Assembly (NCBI GenBank): GCA_030390025.1
Contig: CM059431.1
Coordinates: forward strand, 157,606,001 to 157,670,000
DNA length: 64,000 bases
Direction of reading: 5' to 3'
Source: Squalus acanthias
Lineage: Eukaryota
The notes beneath the pieces were generated by a model. The model ran no database searches, had not been told where the DNA came from, and was given only the letters and a program-made list of their open reading frames with translations. A program made the position numbers and the translations under genes. Below, one piece after another: positions 63,401 through 64,000 of the stretch (its first letter is position 1; each line of letters starts with the position of its first letter).

Positions 63401-64000
63401 TAACCATATGTAGTTATTTGTGCCATTAACTCATCTATTTTGTTACGAATGCTACGTGCATTCAGATAGAGAACTTTCAAATATGTTTTGTGACACTTAG
63501 TTCCTGCTTTTAGTCTTTTTATTACTTTTTACTCCATACCTTCTGCCCCTTCCTGACAAACTCTGGTTTTTAATTTCCCCACTGCTACCTAAGTCTATGA
63601 CCTTCTCTGTTGTCATTTTTATTATTTGCTCTCTAGGAACCTCCCCCCCCACTAGTTAGTTTAAAGCCCTCTCTACAGCCCTAGTTATATGATCCGCCAG
63701 GACTCTAGTCCCAGCACTGGCCAAGTGAAGCCCGTCCCAACGGAACAGCTCCCTCCTGCCCCAGTACTGGTGCCAGTGTCCCAGGAAGCAAAACCCATTT
63801 CTCCCACACCAGTCTTTGAGCCACTCATTTAACTCTCTAATTTTATTTGTCCTAGCCAAATTCGCTAGTGGCTCAGGTAATAATCCAGAGATTAATACCC
63901 TTGAGGTTCTGTTTTTTTATTTGACCCCTAGCTGCTCATACTCCTTTAACAGAACCTGCTTCCTTCTCCTATCTACGTCGTTTGTACCAACATGGACCTC
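60464..64000 (-). mobile_element. CR1 copy C (relative of A and B), double tail, runs off window
   Basis: SGNH end, KVLYLNARSI endonuclease and RT ORF 61037-61756. Confidence 0.92.

Overview
This is eukaryotic DNA, most likely from a cartilaginous fish (inferred from the repeat families and gene style). The ORF track ignores splicing, so most of its ORFs are retroelement fragments or artefacts. One host gene can be reconstructed on the + strand: an NLR immune receptor with a CARD-like domain, a NACHT domain and LRRs. It has 8 phase-compatible coding exons from 4972 to 46119 and four small frameshifting deletions, so it is probably a pseudogene. The rest is mostly mobile DNA and repeats: many CR1 LINEs (several nested), a near-intact Tx1-clade LINE inserted into a Penelope-derived hairpin, Penelope pieces with hammerhead ribozyme cores, a single-ORF LINE with a tRNA-like Pol III head, a MITE, minisatellites and a 1.5-kb G4-prone tract. 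The best candidates for novelty are the possibly Penelope-targeting Tx1 element, the tRNA-headed LINE, and two CR1 copies that share the same inactivating lesions. Family assignments rest on motifs read by eye; no database search was run.
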